DNA of 64,000 bases from Octopus sinensis (taxonomy: Eukaryota). Positions 1-12,699 of this stretch are shown in pieces; the first letter of the stretch is position 1, and each line of letters opens with the position of its first letter. The position numbers and the translations under genes are program-made. Location: the NCBI RefSeq assembly GCF_006345805.1, contig NC_042997.1:177320001-177384000 (forward strand). Reading direction: 5' to 3'. Below the pieces are notes generated by a model. That model saw only the letters and a list, made by a program, of their open reading frames with translations. It searched no databases and was not told the DNA's origin.

Positions 1-212
1 CATCCATAGCAAGGCTTTGTAATATTTAAGTTCTTCTCATTGATACTGTGTAGCTATGCATACTTGATAGCTGAAGCTTGATTTCGAGTAAAGCCATCGC
101 TTGATAGTTCTCTTAAACACGAGCAACACAGATATGTATTTTCAATCCTTCTGAAAAGCTACATCCGTGGGTTACACTCCTTTTATTTGATAAATATTAT
201 TTTGGCCAACTA

Positions 213-640
213 AAGCGGCGAGCTGGCAGAATCGTTAGCATGCTGGGCGAAATTCTTAACGGTATTTCGTCTGTCCTTACGTTCTGAGTTCAAATTCCGC
301 CGAGGTCGACATGCCTTTTATCTTTTCGGAGTCGATTAAATAAGTGCCATTTACGCACTGGGGTCGATATAATCGACTTAATCCGTTTGTCTGTTCTTGT
401 TTGTCCCCTCTGTGTGTAGTCTCTTGTGGGCAGTAAAGAAATAAGAATCGTTAAGACTTCGGGCAAAATTCTTAGCGGCATTTCGTCCGTCTTAATATTC
501 TGAGCTCAAATTTTCCGAAGTCGACTTTGCCTTTCAGAACTCTCCAGGTCGATAAAATAAATGCCAGTTGAACATTGGGGTCTATGTAATCGACTTAACC
601 TTTCTCTCGAAGTTGCTGGCCTTGTGCCATGATTTAAAAT
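213..640 (+). mobile_element. tRNA-headed SINE family A, a younger copy (213-443) abutting or inserted in an older copy (444-640)
   Basis: A-box-like TGGCAGAATCGTTAG, B-box GAGTTCAAATTCC, body GAGGTCGAC..GCCTTT..GTCGATTAAATAAGT, tail GTAAAGAAATA. AGAATCGTTA occurs at about 228 and again at 444. Confidence 0.85.
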
Positions 641-976
641 CATCACTTTGGTCAATTTCCATATGACATTTCAGCCCACCTCCTGCCTAACGTTGTTTTC
701 CATACTCTCAGCATGCCAAAATATCGTATGGTTAACAATTTGCTTGCATGTGTGCAGCTGCGCTAATGACTTCTAAGACCTGCCTTAGTTAGACAGACAT
801 GTTCATAATCAATACATTTTAAATTAGATTGTGCACCATTATATTCAAGCAACTTCAAATCAAGGCTCTTATAAACATCTCTCTTGAGTAGTTCATGCTC
901 AATACGATTTTCTTCAAATTTCCCATCCATTCTTCAAGCATGCCATCTACGTGTATACGTCAGGTTACACACACAT

Positions 977-978
<2 letters not shown>

Positions 979-1044
<66 letters not shown>
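979..1044. repeat. (CA)n microsatellite
   Basis: Perfect AC dinucleotide run. Confidence 0.98.
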
Positions 1045-1046
<2 letters not shown>

Positions 1047-1152
1047 ACGTACATTCATACACATCCAGTCGATAAGTGACACAATGAAGATTTGTTAATG
1101 ATGCACATAAACACGCAGTCACAAGTATGCGTACACGATATACAAAGACTTA

Positions 1153-1754
1153 AGGCGGCGAGATGGCAGAAACGTTAGCACGCCGGGCGAAATGCTTAGC
1201 AGTATTTCGTCTGCCGCTACGTTCTGAGTTCAAATTCCGCCGAGGTCGACTTTGCCTTTTATCCTTTCGGGGTCGATTAAATAAGTACCAGTTACGCACT
1301 GGGGTCGATATAATCGACTTAATCCGTTTGTCTGTCCTTGTTTGTCCTCTCTGTGTTTAGCCCCTTGTGGGTAGTAAAGAAATAGGTATTTCGTCTGACG
1401 CTACGTTCTGAGTTCAAATTCCGCCGAGGTCGACTTTGCCTTTTATCCTTTCGGGGTCGATTAAATAAGTACCAGTTACGCACTGGGGTCGATATAATCG
1501 ACTTAATCCGTTTGTCTGTCCTTGTTTGTCCTCTCTGTGTTTAGCCCCTTGTGGGTAGTAAAGAAATAGGTATTTCGTCTGACGCTACGTTCTGAGTTCA
1601 AATTCCGCCGAGGTCGACTTTGCCTTTCATTCTTTCGGAGTCGATTAAATAAGTACCAGTTACGCACTGGGATCGATATAATCGACTTAATCCGTTTGTC
1701 TGTCCTTGTTTGTCCTCTCTGTGTTTAGCCCCTTGTGGGTAATAAAGAAATTGG
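1153..1754 (+). mobile_element. SINE A trimer: one full head plus three 184-bp body units
   Basis: Units at 1201-1384, 1385-1568 and 1569-1752. A 14-bp target-site duplication TATACAAAGACTTA sits at 1139-1152 and 1755-1768. Confidence 0.92.
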
Positions 1755-2267
1755 TATACAAAGACTTACATACAAAATATAATCTCTCCCACACACACAT
1801 CTTTGTCCAGAATAAACTTACGTAAATAGGTATAAGTATAACCACGCACATATCCACGTATGGGCACAAATTAACTTGCCTAGGCATATTTGCAAAATCC
1901 TTGGGATTATCTTGGTGCAAACAAAATATCATGTCACTTTGTTAATGAACAGCTTCAATTTTTCACCGAACAGGAAATAAAAAGTATACAAAAAATACAT
2001 TACTTTCATATGTAGATCTGCTAACTAGAGGGACAAAGCCCTTACAAAATGCGTAAAGAAACATATGGTGAAATATACAAAAGACATCGGCACGAAATTA
2101 CATCGATATGGCTGTAAGTAGAATGACGCAGTTAAAGAAACATTTTATTCTGTTAAAGTAATTGAATATCAATATGCATACATAGATATATATGTATACA
2201 GATAAGTATTATAAATATGCATATGCATGTATCTTTTCTCTCCCCGCCTCTCCTTCTCTCTCTTTCG

Positions 2268-2316
<49 letters not shown>

Positions 2317-2356
2317 ATATAATATATATATATATATGTATGTATATGTGTGTATA

Positions 2357-2411
<55 letters not shown>

Positions 2412-2590
2412 ATATACATACACACACACATATATATACTTATACACATTATATAAAAAAATAAGAATATGTATATACATATATATATATACATATAAAT
2501 ATACATACATACATATATATATACATATATATATATGTATGTATATATATACATATATACATACACACACATTCATATACATATATAATA
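2268..2590. repeat. Compound (TA)n/(TATC)n/(CA)n microsatellite
   Basis: Direct reading of the sequence. Confidence 0.95.
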
Positions 2591-2829
2591 AAAGAATAAG
2601 AAAAGAGATATCATTTACATTATGTTACAACTGATTCCATACAATGATTACTTATTTGTTCATATATCTATATGTATATGTATGTGCTTGTATGCATGTG
2701 TGCACTTCTGTATGTGAGTGTGTTTGTGTGTGTGTGTAACACAATTAAAACTTGCAAGCAGCCCTCAATAAAGAAAGCACGGGATAGAAGGAGAAAAAAA
2801 AATGGATGACTCATGAAATTCTATTAAAA

Positions 2830-3320
2830 ATGGAAGGAAGAAAAAATACAAGTTATGTAGATGAAGATAGATATAACGCCCTGTTTCTGAAAGTAGAAAA
2901 TCAAAAGTCAAATGGATGGATGATCAATGCCAAGTAGTTGAAAAATTTAATAACCAGCATATATCCAAAGAAATGTACGATAAAATAAATGAGATCAGAA
3001 ATAGTAAATGCATGCGTAAACAAAATGGTAGCATTAAGGGCAAATATGGAAACGTATTCTTTGATAATGAGCAGATTACATCTAGATGGGTTCACTACAT
3101 AAAAGAACTGTTCAATAATGAGATCAATTTCAAAGCTTTAGAAGCATTAGTTAACCACAATCTAAATCTAATAAAAAGACTTATGTAATGCTATGTTTGA
3201 GAGTGGACATATACCAACCCAGATGAAACAATGTTTGTTTTATTACTAACAGAACCAAAAGCTCTACTCTGTTTAGAGTTTAGAACCATAAGTCTAACGT
3301 TTCATATGACGTAACCACTA
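2830..3320 (+). mobile_element. RTE-clade LINE ORF remnant, part 1 (region before the RT domain)
   Basis: KEMYDKINEI...GSIKGKYGNVFFDNEQITSRWVHYIKELF and PKALLCLEFRTISLTFHMT resemble RTE/BovB ORF motifs. Many stops and frameshifts. Confidence 0.75.
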
Positions 3321-3332
3321 TATATATATATA

Positions 3333-4061
3333 TACTAGCATTAAAGACCCGTCGTTGCCGGGTCATAGTGCTAGTGCATGTATATATGTGTATATATATG
3401 TGTACATATTACATGTACATCTATATATATATACATATACACATAAAATGCAAAATACAAAGTTATATCTTGATATCGCTAGTGATATCAATACTCAAAA
3501 TATATAACAGACTGGAATTGTTAGCTATTCTTTTTTCTCTACATTGTATACTTTATAGACAATAGTCTTTTCTTTAATTTAATTTTTTATTATCCATCTG
3601 GACTATTCCATTTCTGCACGCTAATTTTATTTTTAACTTATTCCCATTCATGTGAAACCACTTATTCAAGTTCAAATCATTGATGCAATTTTATACCAAT
3701 TGCTATTTTTACTTTTGTATGTTACGATTATATTATACTTTAGTTTGATTTTAATTATTACTTACTACATATAATTCAATTGTTATTATTGTTTTTATTG
3801 TTAAAGTGAAAGCATCTGACATAAAATAGAGAAATGGTTTTGTTTCACTTTTAACACGTAATACTGAAATAGTGGAGAAGATATGATATTGCTATGGGCT
3901 CGCTCTAGGCAAGAAGTTGAACATCTTTTTTTGCCCATGAAACTACATGGACCCTAAGTAAGGCATGTGTAAAATTTGAATGAAATTGGTTGTGTAGTTC
4001 TCAAGTTTTAGGGAAACACACAGACAGACAGACACACATTCTCAGTTTTATATATATAAAG

Positions 4062-4063
<2 letters not shown>
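3333..4063 (+). mobile_element. Lep1/DINE-1 (Helentron-associated)-like non-autonomous element
   Basis: Starts TACTAGC with hairpin ACCCG-TCGTTGC-CGGGT. Ends AAATTTGAATGAAATTGGTTGTGTAGT..(CAGA)n..TTTTATATATATAAAGAT. Flanked by (TA)n. Family assignment is from recalled architecture. Confidence 0.55.
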
Positions 4064-4148
<85 letters not shown>

Positions 4149-4159
4149 TATACACGTAA

Positions 4160-4272
4160 CTTAGTGCTTCGGCAAAAGAGACGATCGAATAAGTACTAGG
4201 CTTACAAAGTATAAGTCCTGGGGACTAAAGACGGTGCTCCAGCATAGCCGCAGTCAAATGACTGAAACAAGT
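4160..4272 (+). mobile_element. SINE B 3' fragment
   Basis: AATAAGTACTAGGCTTACAAAG..GGTGCTCCAGCATAGCCGCAGTCAAATGACTGAAACAAGTA matches the full copies at 14324 and 61893. Confidence 0.85.
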
Positions 4273-5630
4273 AGTTTGACAAAAGTATCCGACAGAACAA
4301 GTTCCAGGCTTTAAAGAAAAACAAAAAAGTACCACATGTTAGGCGAAGATGAAAAGTTTGTGAGTACGATTGTGTGGTTTGATAACGCATATACATTAAG
4401 CTAAATGGAGCAGTGAACCGACATAATTGTGTTTACTCGAAACTATAAAATCCTTGCTTGCATGTGAATAAAGCAGTCAATTTGCCTGTGATCAATGACT
4501 GGTGTGGAGTGTTATCAAGAGGTCTGATAGGACTATATTTCGTCGAAGGTACTGTAACTAGTCAAGCGTACCTAGACATGCTACGCACATCTATTGGGTT
4601 GTCCGAAAAGTTCGTGCTGATTTATAGTAGCTTACCTTTCGACTTATTTTAGAACATGGTTGAGTCCATAAAATAGGATTTGACTACACCTCCATTTAGA
4701 GCACAGTTTAAGCTATCTTTTCGTGGGAGAAGATTTATGTTCCTATAACCTGTGTTAATTCTGTAACCCTTTAAAATGGAAGATAAGAAAGTTCATTTTC
4801 GGCACTTGATGATTTGGGAACCAGACAAAAATTACTGCAGCTTGGCTGGGATGTGTTACCCCACCCTCCATATTTACCAGATATTGCTCTTTCGGATTTC
4901 CACTTATTCAGGTCTCTGCAGAATAATGGTAAAAATTTCAATTCCTTGGGTGACGTAAAAAGATACCTTGATGAATTCTTTGCTATGAAACCACCTCAAT
5001 TCTGGGAAGAGGGTATTTTCAATTTAAAGGAAAGATGGAGACGCATTGTGCAACAAAATTATTCATATTTGGTTGATTAAAAATGTAATGGCAAGTATTT
5101 ATTGACCTTTTTCTTTCTTTTAAAAATCGGCATGAACTTTCCGGACAACCCAATATTTGTACCTGCCATATATGCACACAACAAGACTGCTCACGGCTAC
5201 ACTCCTACTCGAGACGTGCAAGCTTACCTGGATGAGAATTTGCAAAGACACTGGATACGACAAAGAGTTGCAGTTGAGTTTTCCGCTCCTTCTCCTGAAT
5301 TAACAGCAGCAGACATTTAATTATGGAGCACTTTTAACGATGCCACGTATCGCAGGAAACTGACTACATTGACTTTTCTTCTGGAATAAACTGAAACAGC
5401 ATTTGCAGCAATCTCCCTGGATACTTTGGTCAACGTTGCCCAAACAGTAGTTTGCCGAACTAATAAATGTCTAGAAGGTAATGTCCACTTAGAGTAAGTC
5501 TTTTAATTGTAGAGGTTAAGGGTAACTTGTATTAATACCATGATGTCTGAATAAATTCAGTATTAAAATACTCCTACACATTTTTCTGTTTTTGATGTAT
5601 ATATTGTATACATTTTTGGCGGACACTGTA
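4273..5630 (+). mobile_element. Degenerate Tc1/mariner-superfamily element (maT/rosa-like), interrupted by a mariner
   Basis: KLNGAVNRHNCVY, WCGVLSRGLIGLYFVEGTVTSQAYLDML, then after the insert RDVQAYLDENLQRHWI..EFSAPSPELT. The right end reads ATACATTTTTGGCGGACACTG-TA, a TIR-like end plus TA. Confidence 0.75.
4594..5153 (+). mobile_element. Internally deleted mariner transposon (mellifera-like)
   Basis: About 30-bp TIRs (TTGGGTTGTCCGAAAAGTTCGTGCTGATTT versus the reverse complement of the right end, 3 mismatches). TA duplications at 4592-4593 and 5154-5155. N-terminus MEDKKVHFRHLM is fused to C-terminus LGWDVLPHPPYLPDIALSDFHLFRSLQN..WEEGIFNLKERW. Confidence 0.93.
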
Positions 5631-5683
5631 TATATATATGTGTGTGTGTGAGTTTATGTGAGTGTGTGTGTGTATGTGTATAA

Positions 5684-5733
<50 letters not shown>

Positions 5734-6515
5734 CATACGCGCGCACAAATACACACACGTATATATGTATATATATATATATCTATGTATGTACCTATGA
5801 ATATAGGTAGGTAGACAGGTAAATAGATAGGTAGGTAGGCAGATAGACAGGCAGACAGGCATGTAGGTAGGTAGGTAGGTAGGTTGGTTAGGTAGGTATA
5901 TGTATATAATGAAAAATTACAGCGAGAGAATATGTAGAGTTAAGTCAGAAGCAAAGTAGTTTTAGACAAGGTATGTGAGCTGCAAAACAGAATAACTAAC
6001 ATAAGAAAGAAAGTTAGACATAATTCAATATGTTTACATAAATTTTATACATAATACCTAGGCATTTGATAGATAGACATGAGATAACGGACAGCCTATC
6101 AGAATATATGCATTAAAAATCTCCACATAACACCTAAAATATACTGGGAAGAAACAACGGTGATAAGAACTGAAAGAAGAAAAAAATTACAAATCAAAAT
6201 TAACGAAAGCGTCCGACAAGGTTGTGCACTATCCTCTAGGTTATTTAATCTTTACAATGAAACACTTTCCAGATAAATAGAGGACGCTCTAGAAATGTCA
6301 CTAGGAGACATGAACGTCATAAGTTTTAAATATGCAGACGATACTGGGTCATTAACTTTAAACAAAGATGACGTGGAGAAACTTTTAACCACAGTAAATG
6401 AAAAGTAAGGCTTCATGGTGTGAAAATGAATGTAAGTTAAATATAATCAATGTTGCTTCAGTAGAGAACGAGTCACCCAAAATTTATATATATTACAGTA
6501 GAGGGAAACCTTATT

Positions 6516-6656
6516 CTTTTCTACTCTAGGCATGAGGCCCGAAATTTTTGGGAAGGGCGCCAGTCGATTAGATCAACCCAGTACACAACTGGTACTTAAT
6601 TTATCGACCTCGAAAGGATGAAAGGCAAAGTCGACCTCGGTGGAATTTGAACTCAT
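6516..6656 (-). mobile_element. 5'-truncated SINE A (alternative tail, A2)
   Basis: Perfect 15-bp TSD GAGGGAAACCTTATT at 6501-6515 and 6657-6671. Tail reads GGGCCTCATGCCTAGAGTAGAAAAGAAT on the minus strand. Confidence 0.9.
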
Positions 6657-6800
6657 GAGGGAAACCTTATTGAAAACACAAAGATAATATACCGAGGACA
6701 TATGCAACCAGAAAACGGAAAGTGAGAAGTAGAAATTAAAAGAACGATTGAGAAAGTTAGAAAGACATCTGAAAAATGGTAAAATGTGAAATATTAATAT

Positions 6801-7013
6801 CGATTTAAAATTTTGGCACAAGGCCAGAAATTTCGGGGGAGGGGGCAGATCGATTACATCACCCTCAGTGTTTAAGTGTTTAACTTATTTTATCGATCCC
6901 GAAAGGATGAAAGGGAAAGTCAACTCCGGTGGAATTTGAACTCGGAATAAATGACGAAATGCTGCTAAGCATTTTCACCCGACATGCTAACTATTCAATC
7001 AGTTCCCTGCCTT
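6801..7013 (-). mobile_element. Full-length older SINE A2
   Basis: 18-bp TSD AATGTGAAA(T/C)ATTAATAT at 6783-6800 and 7014-7031, with one mismatch. Confidence 0.85.
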
Positions 7014-8410
7014 AATGTGAAACATTAATATGAATATCAGGAAACAATTATAAAAACGTTAGTTATGTTCCACTGTCAAATAGATTACAAATCTTTGAGA
7101 TGTGGGTATAATACAAGACATGATAATATCACCAGGAAAAGATAAAAATCAATGCAGAACTAAAAATGGCAAAAACCTAAGAAAATTTTATACAGCACAC
7201 TTAATGAGAGAAAAGCAAACTATTAGGACGCTTAATTAGGTGAAATGGCCACGTTCTGAGTAGATAAAGTAATCAGTTAGTGACAATTGGGACTAACTCC
7301 AAATAAGAAAAAAAGATGATTTCTAGAATCAAGAATACTCTAAAGTCGACTTGCCGTTAAGGAAAAGTCTGGGAATAAGACAATAGCTGTGGACACGCGT
7401 TTCTACTTCAAAATATATCATCAGTACATCAGTTTTCCTACATTATCTACAGCAGAGTCACTTAGACATACATATAAAACGAGTCACTAAAACAACTTTG
7501 CCGTTGACTTATCTATACATATTCTCTCTCATTATATACATATAGCTACCTATAATAAATACAAAATGTATATATGTTTACATACAAAAAGGTACGACTT
7601 ACACGGAATAGAAATGATATCAAGAATTAAAAAGGGTTGAAGAAACATATATACATTTTTGCATATTGAGCTGCCTAATTTGCTTATCCTTACATTTACT
7701 CCTCTATCCACTCAAGTTTAAACCTCTTGAGCTCTACTTAATCAATTCTATAAAGTGGAATATCTGATTCTCAGCTATGAACTACATACATCCATATATA
7801 CATACACATGTGTATGTGTGTGCGCGCGTATATATTGAGAGTTGTCAGTTTTGATTAAAGATTAGACTTCTTTCCTGCTGCACACACCCATTTGGCTTTT
7901 GATTAATCTGAATTTCAAAATTGTCTCCCTTGCCTTTGAGAAAAATTATCGTTAACGCTAAAGCTTTTTCTTTTCATTACGCATGTAATTTTAATTCATT
8001 ACATATTTATTTGAACTCATTGCATTGTGTATTGGCCTCCACACACCACTTAACTATATGCTCTCCACAAGGATGGCATCCATGGGAAAGTTTCTATGTA
8101 TGTGTTATCTATCTATCTACGAGGTAGGAACTATCAGTTCTATGTAAATATATATATATATATATATATAATATATATATATATAATATATATATATATA
8201 TATGTGTGTGTGGTGTGTGTGTGGTGTGTGTGTGTGTGTGTATGTATATATATATAGAGAGAGAGCGATAGGTAGATAAATGTATTACATTACATTTATA
8301 CGCATGCATATATCAATATATATATACACACATGTATATGCATATATATATTAATATCTACTTATAATGTAGATTGCATAAATGTGGGTGTATATGTAAG
8401 TTTGTGTGTG

Positions 8411-8508
<98 letters not shown>

Positions 8509-9557
8509 TGTGTTCAAACAAACGTATATAATCTACAACATAAAGCTGGAATGAGAACATATAAAAGTACAAAGAATAAATAAACAGAAAGAGAATAACA
8601 TCAAAAATTCGATCAACACCGACTGACAGCGTAACTTCCGTTCAACACGATTTACACCCAGGTTTTTTTTTATCTCCTCATACTTTATAGATTATTGTCT
8701 GTGAAGCACAAGGTGAGATTTCAGCGTTTACTGTTCACACGCTCGCAGTACTCAAATTGTACTCCTGTATTGAATATAGATCACTAAATTTTGTCAAAGC
8801 CACAAAGTTGTAGGAGAATGCTATATCGATTGAATCTACATATGTTTTTCAAATCAAGCGAGAGACAAAAGGCAAAATGAAATCCGGAGTTGGTATTTGA
8901 TTTCTGATCGCGAAGGGACATAACTGCATACATATCTGTATTTGTTCGTCGCAACAAGGACCACCTACTGATCCTTAAGGATGACTGATGAGTTGCCCAG
9001 GACCTCTATTTTAAGTGAAGAAAAGTTGCGTACCGTTAACCTGACTGTCTCGTCTGTGACCATCTTCAGTTTAGTGCAAGATGAGGTCAAGACGAATAGA
9101 AACAGAGATGGAGATGAATGCAGTCGATAACCGGAATGTCTTATCTAATCTTACTCTCTGTATTCTAATACATTGCTGCAGTCGACCTCGCTCCGTTCAA
9201 CTACATACGTTTAATGTATTGAAGGTCGTTCAAACAAAACCAGTAACGTTTACATCGTTTATGTGATTTTGTTTTCGTTTGTTGAGTCAGGAGGAAGCGG
9301 TAGTACTCAGGGCTGCTTTAACAGAATTATAGGTCTCCGAACAAAGCAATACATGGGAGTCCCCGACATACGCAGCAACATAAATAGATTATCATTGGAC
9401 CCTATTTTGGTTGCAATCTAGGAGTAGTAGCAGTAGTAGCAATTGCATCAGCAGCATAATCCTAGGTGTAACTTCAATACTCCTTTTGTGGGTCTTACCT
9501 GAGCCACGAATCAATGAGAGAAATTAACAGCGTAGCTCAACCTGCGACTAAACTCTC

Positions 9558-9929
9558 TCTATATAAAGCTGAAGTTGTCTCTGTATGGCAGATTTGGTAG
9601 CCTTCAACTAATACTATCTCCTCCGAGACCCTGCGGCACAAGTTGACCAAAATTGAGAGTATGATAGAAGGCTTGCTCCTCCTTCCATAGAAAGAAAATT
9701 CAAATCGGACCATGTTAACACCAAAGATTATTTACATTAAAAAGGTGCTTCTTTTCTATGAAAATCCCTATATTTTTACGATTTTTTGACGGCTGTGTCG
9801 CCATTTTTCGCTGTAAATGTTCACTTAAAAAGAATAACAAGCTACATAATGCAAAATTTTTACTTTTCAAAAATTCCAATTCTAAAGGGTCAAACCAAAC
9901 CCGAGCAACGCCGGGCGATACTGCTAGTA
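9558..9929 (-). mobile_element. Second Lep1/DINE-1-like element
   Basis: The minus strand starts TACTAGCAGTATCGCCCGGCGTTGCTCGGGT, the same terminus and hairpin type as 3333, and ends CAGCTTTATATAGAG. Confidence 0.5.
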
Positions 9930-10859
9930 GCAGCTAAATCTATTTCCTTGAAATCATACCCTATCGTCTTAAAAAAAAAACCTGCAATGACTTTGATTAT
10001 AGGCTTGCTCAAAGTTTATGTATAATAAACAACAACAACAGCAACAGCAGCAGCAGCAGTAACATAAGGACGAAATCACCGAAAGAAATCAAACTGGCTG
10101 TATTTAAATTATTTAATTGTTAGTCTAGAGGAAGTGTTTGTACCCATGGACTTCATAAAACGCAGTTAATGTTCTCAGTCAGCTTGCAAGATCATGGCTA
10201 CAGGAAAAACACGTTAAGGTCACTGTGAAACAGCACGGGTTTACTCCACGGACGGTCTAACTTTTATTTATAAAATATATTTCTTGCGTACGTACAAGAA
10301 TGGATAGGTCAATATTTATAAGGACATATTTTATCTTGACATATTTTATCAACTACGAAAAGATGAAAGTTGACTACGGCAATATTTGAACTAAAAGGTC
10401 GTAATTATATTTCACAAGGTATTTCTTTGACGTTCATATATGTCTGTCAGTCCATCCTCCGAACACTTATGCACATTTGACCTTGTTTTGAGTAATACTG
10501 AAGATTGTAAAGGCTTATTTTTTGTCAGAGCTGTACACTCAATCAAATCTCAAAATACATACATGTATTTTTTTTTTATATGGAAACAAAACTGATCTAG
10601 AACTAATAATTTTGAAGGGCAAAAATGTTTTAAACACGATTTCAAAACACAACATAGTCGACTTTGCTTTCATCCTGTCTTCATCAGTAACTTCTTCAGA
10701 GATTATATGTTGAAGATATAATAGAATACAAAAATTACGATCGTCACTCTCAGTCGAGCATGACTTGATGTCAGAATACTAATTCGCTAATGACCTCAGG
10801 CGCCAATGTTATCGTGAATTGATACAAACGCTTTCTGGATCCTCCCACTCTCGACCCCT

Positions 10860-11050
10860 CGGAAAATCTTGGACTAGATACTGGATAGAAATAGGGCTAC
10901 ATGAGCATTAGACTAGTACTTTATTTCTCGACCTTGAAAGAACGAAAGGCAAAGCTGACCTGAGCGGGATATGAACTCAGATCGCAAAGAGCAATAACTA
11001 AATAGCAAAGATGCTACCCGATGCTCTGACAACTCTGTCAATTCGTTGCT
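10860..11050 (-). mobile_element. Degenerate SINE A
   Basis: AAAGGCAAAGCTGACCTGAGCGGGATATGAACTCAG matches the family body. Confidence 0.7.
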
Positions 11051-11282
11051 TTATAATAATCGACCTCACAAATTACCCAAATATATTGTCTTATGGTTAT
11101 GCTATTGATTTTTAACCTTGTCCACAGATCATACATATTCGGCCTTAGTACTTATTTCCTGTACGTATTTTGCTACTCAGAACGATGAGATGAAATGTCA
11201 ATTTCAGTGGCATAACAATTCAATACATTCTATCTATCCCTTTGGGTTGATCTCTTTTCTATAGACAAAAAATTTTCAGGTT

Positions 11283-11583
11283 GAAAGGATGAAAGGCAAA
11301 GTCGACCTCGGCGGAATTTGAACTCAGAACGTAGCGGCAGACGAAATACCTATTTCTTTACTATCCACAAGGGGTTAAACACAGAGAGGACAAACAAGGA
11401 CAGACAAACGGATTAAGTCAATTATATCGACCCCAGTGCATAACTGGTACTTATTTAATTGACCCCAAAAGGATGAAAGGCAAAGTTGAACTTGGCGGAA
11501 TTTGAACTCAGAGCGTAGCGGCAGACGAAATACCGCTAAGCATTTCGCCCGGCGCGCTAACGTTTCTGCCAGTTCGCCGCCTT
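11283..11583 (-). mobile_element. SINE A dimer (second unit truncated at its 3' end)
   Basis: Full copy plus a partial unit joined at AAAGAAATA|GGTATTTCGTCTG (11350/11351). Confidence 0.9.
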
Positions 11584-12094
11584 TCATTCCACTCATATTG
11601 TTAAGAGACTGAGAAAAAGAAGATTCGCTATAAATACTTTTTCTATCTCCCTCATAGATGTACAGTATTTATGACTAGACAAAAGAAACAAATATTTCAT
11701 GTACTTGATGATGAATGAAGTGAAATCGAGACAAGTTCATGGCTCGATATCAATTCCTGCTTGTCATTTCAATTTGAGTACACTTCAGTCATTATTAAGA
11801 ACTGCATGAATATCATATTATGTCACTTCCCTTTCTCATAAACATATCGGAGCTCCAAATCACATTGATCCTTAAAGCTGAGGTCCAATTTTTGTTTTTG
11901 AATCTTTAGACAAAGATAGAAGTTATATGTATGTTTCTGGTCAGTACACTTACCTGTTGCATACATTTTTATAGTAGTCCAAATACTTAAAATTAAGAGC
12001 TATGACCGTTAAGAAGCGAAATCACTTTAATGGATTTAAACTCAGAGTCCAAGAACGGCAGCCCGATATTCTGTTTATTCGGTCATTTCGCCTT

Positions 12095-12311
12095 GGCGAG
12101 CAGGCAGAAACGTTAGTACGCCGGGCGAAATACATAGCCGTATTTCGTTCTGAGTTCAAATTCCGCCGAGGTCGACTTTGCCTTTCCTCCTTTCGGGGTC
12201 GATAAATTAAGTACCAATTTCGAACTGGGGTCGATGTAATCGACTTAATCCGTTTGTCTGTCTTTGTTTGTCCCCTCTGTGTTTAGCCCCTTGTGGGCAG
12301 TAAAGAAATAG
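12095..12311 (+). mobile_element. SINE A with a small internal deletion
   Basis: GGCAGAAACGTTAGTACG..GAGTTCAAATTCCGCCGAGG..CAGTAAAGAAATA. Confidence 0.88.
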
Positions 12312-12699
12312 TTATGAGATACTAGGTTTATAATTGAAAATCAATTAAAAAACAAAGCAAAAAAGAACAAAGAAAACAACTAGGTGTGAAGTTTATTGCA
12401 TCTTAACAGGGAAGTTATCGAAAGAAACGATACTGTAAACATTGTTGAAGGCAATCATTCAGAAATTCATTTACGCCACCCCATAAAACTTCGAAATTCG
12501 CTGTGATATTACTAAACCAAAATATATTGAACATTATCTATTTTATACTGTAACAACATCGACAGTGCTTTGCTTTTGGTTGAACTTGTTTTTGGTTGAA
12601 GTCCAGATCAGTCTTGATCAAACAAATCTATCATCAATGACATTCCTTAAGTGTTTATCCGTCTTTCTTTTTCTTGCCGTATGTCTCTTATGGTGTGAA

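Larger units (their letters stand above)
5900..7430 (+). mobile_element. RTE-clade LINE remnant, part 2 (RT domain and C-terminus), interrupted by two SINEs
   Basis: SSFRQGM, AFDR, SVRQGCALSSRLFNLYNE and FKYADDT motifs. Continues directly from the RTISL..HMT motif at 3300. Confidence 0.8.

Noticed and set aside
1153-1240. tRNA-like A/B boxes in SINE heads
   Set aside because: There is no complete cloverleaf, and the heads run into repeat bodies, so these are SINEs rather than tRNA genes.
1201-1752. Regular 184-bp repeats resembling an array
   Set aside because: There are no unique spacers; the units are SINE bodies in eukaryotic DNA, not a CRISPR array.
8980-9010. CTGATGA at about 8985 and in the minus-strand UTR near 29160 as possible hammerhead cores
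   Set aside because: No correctly placed stem II plus GAAA follows either one.
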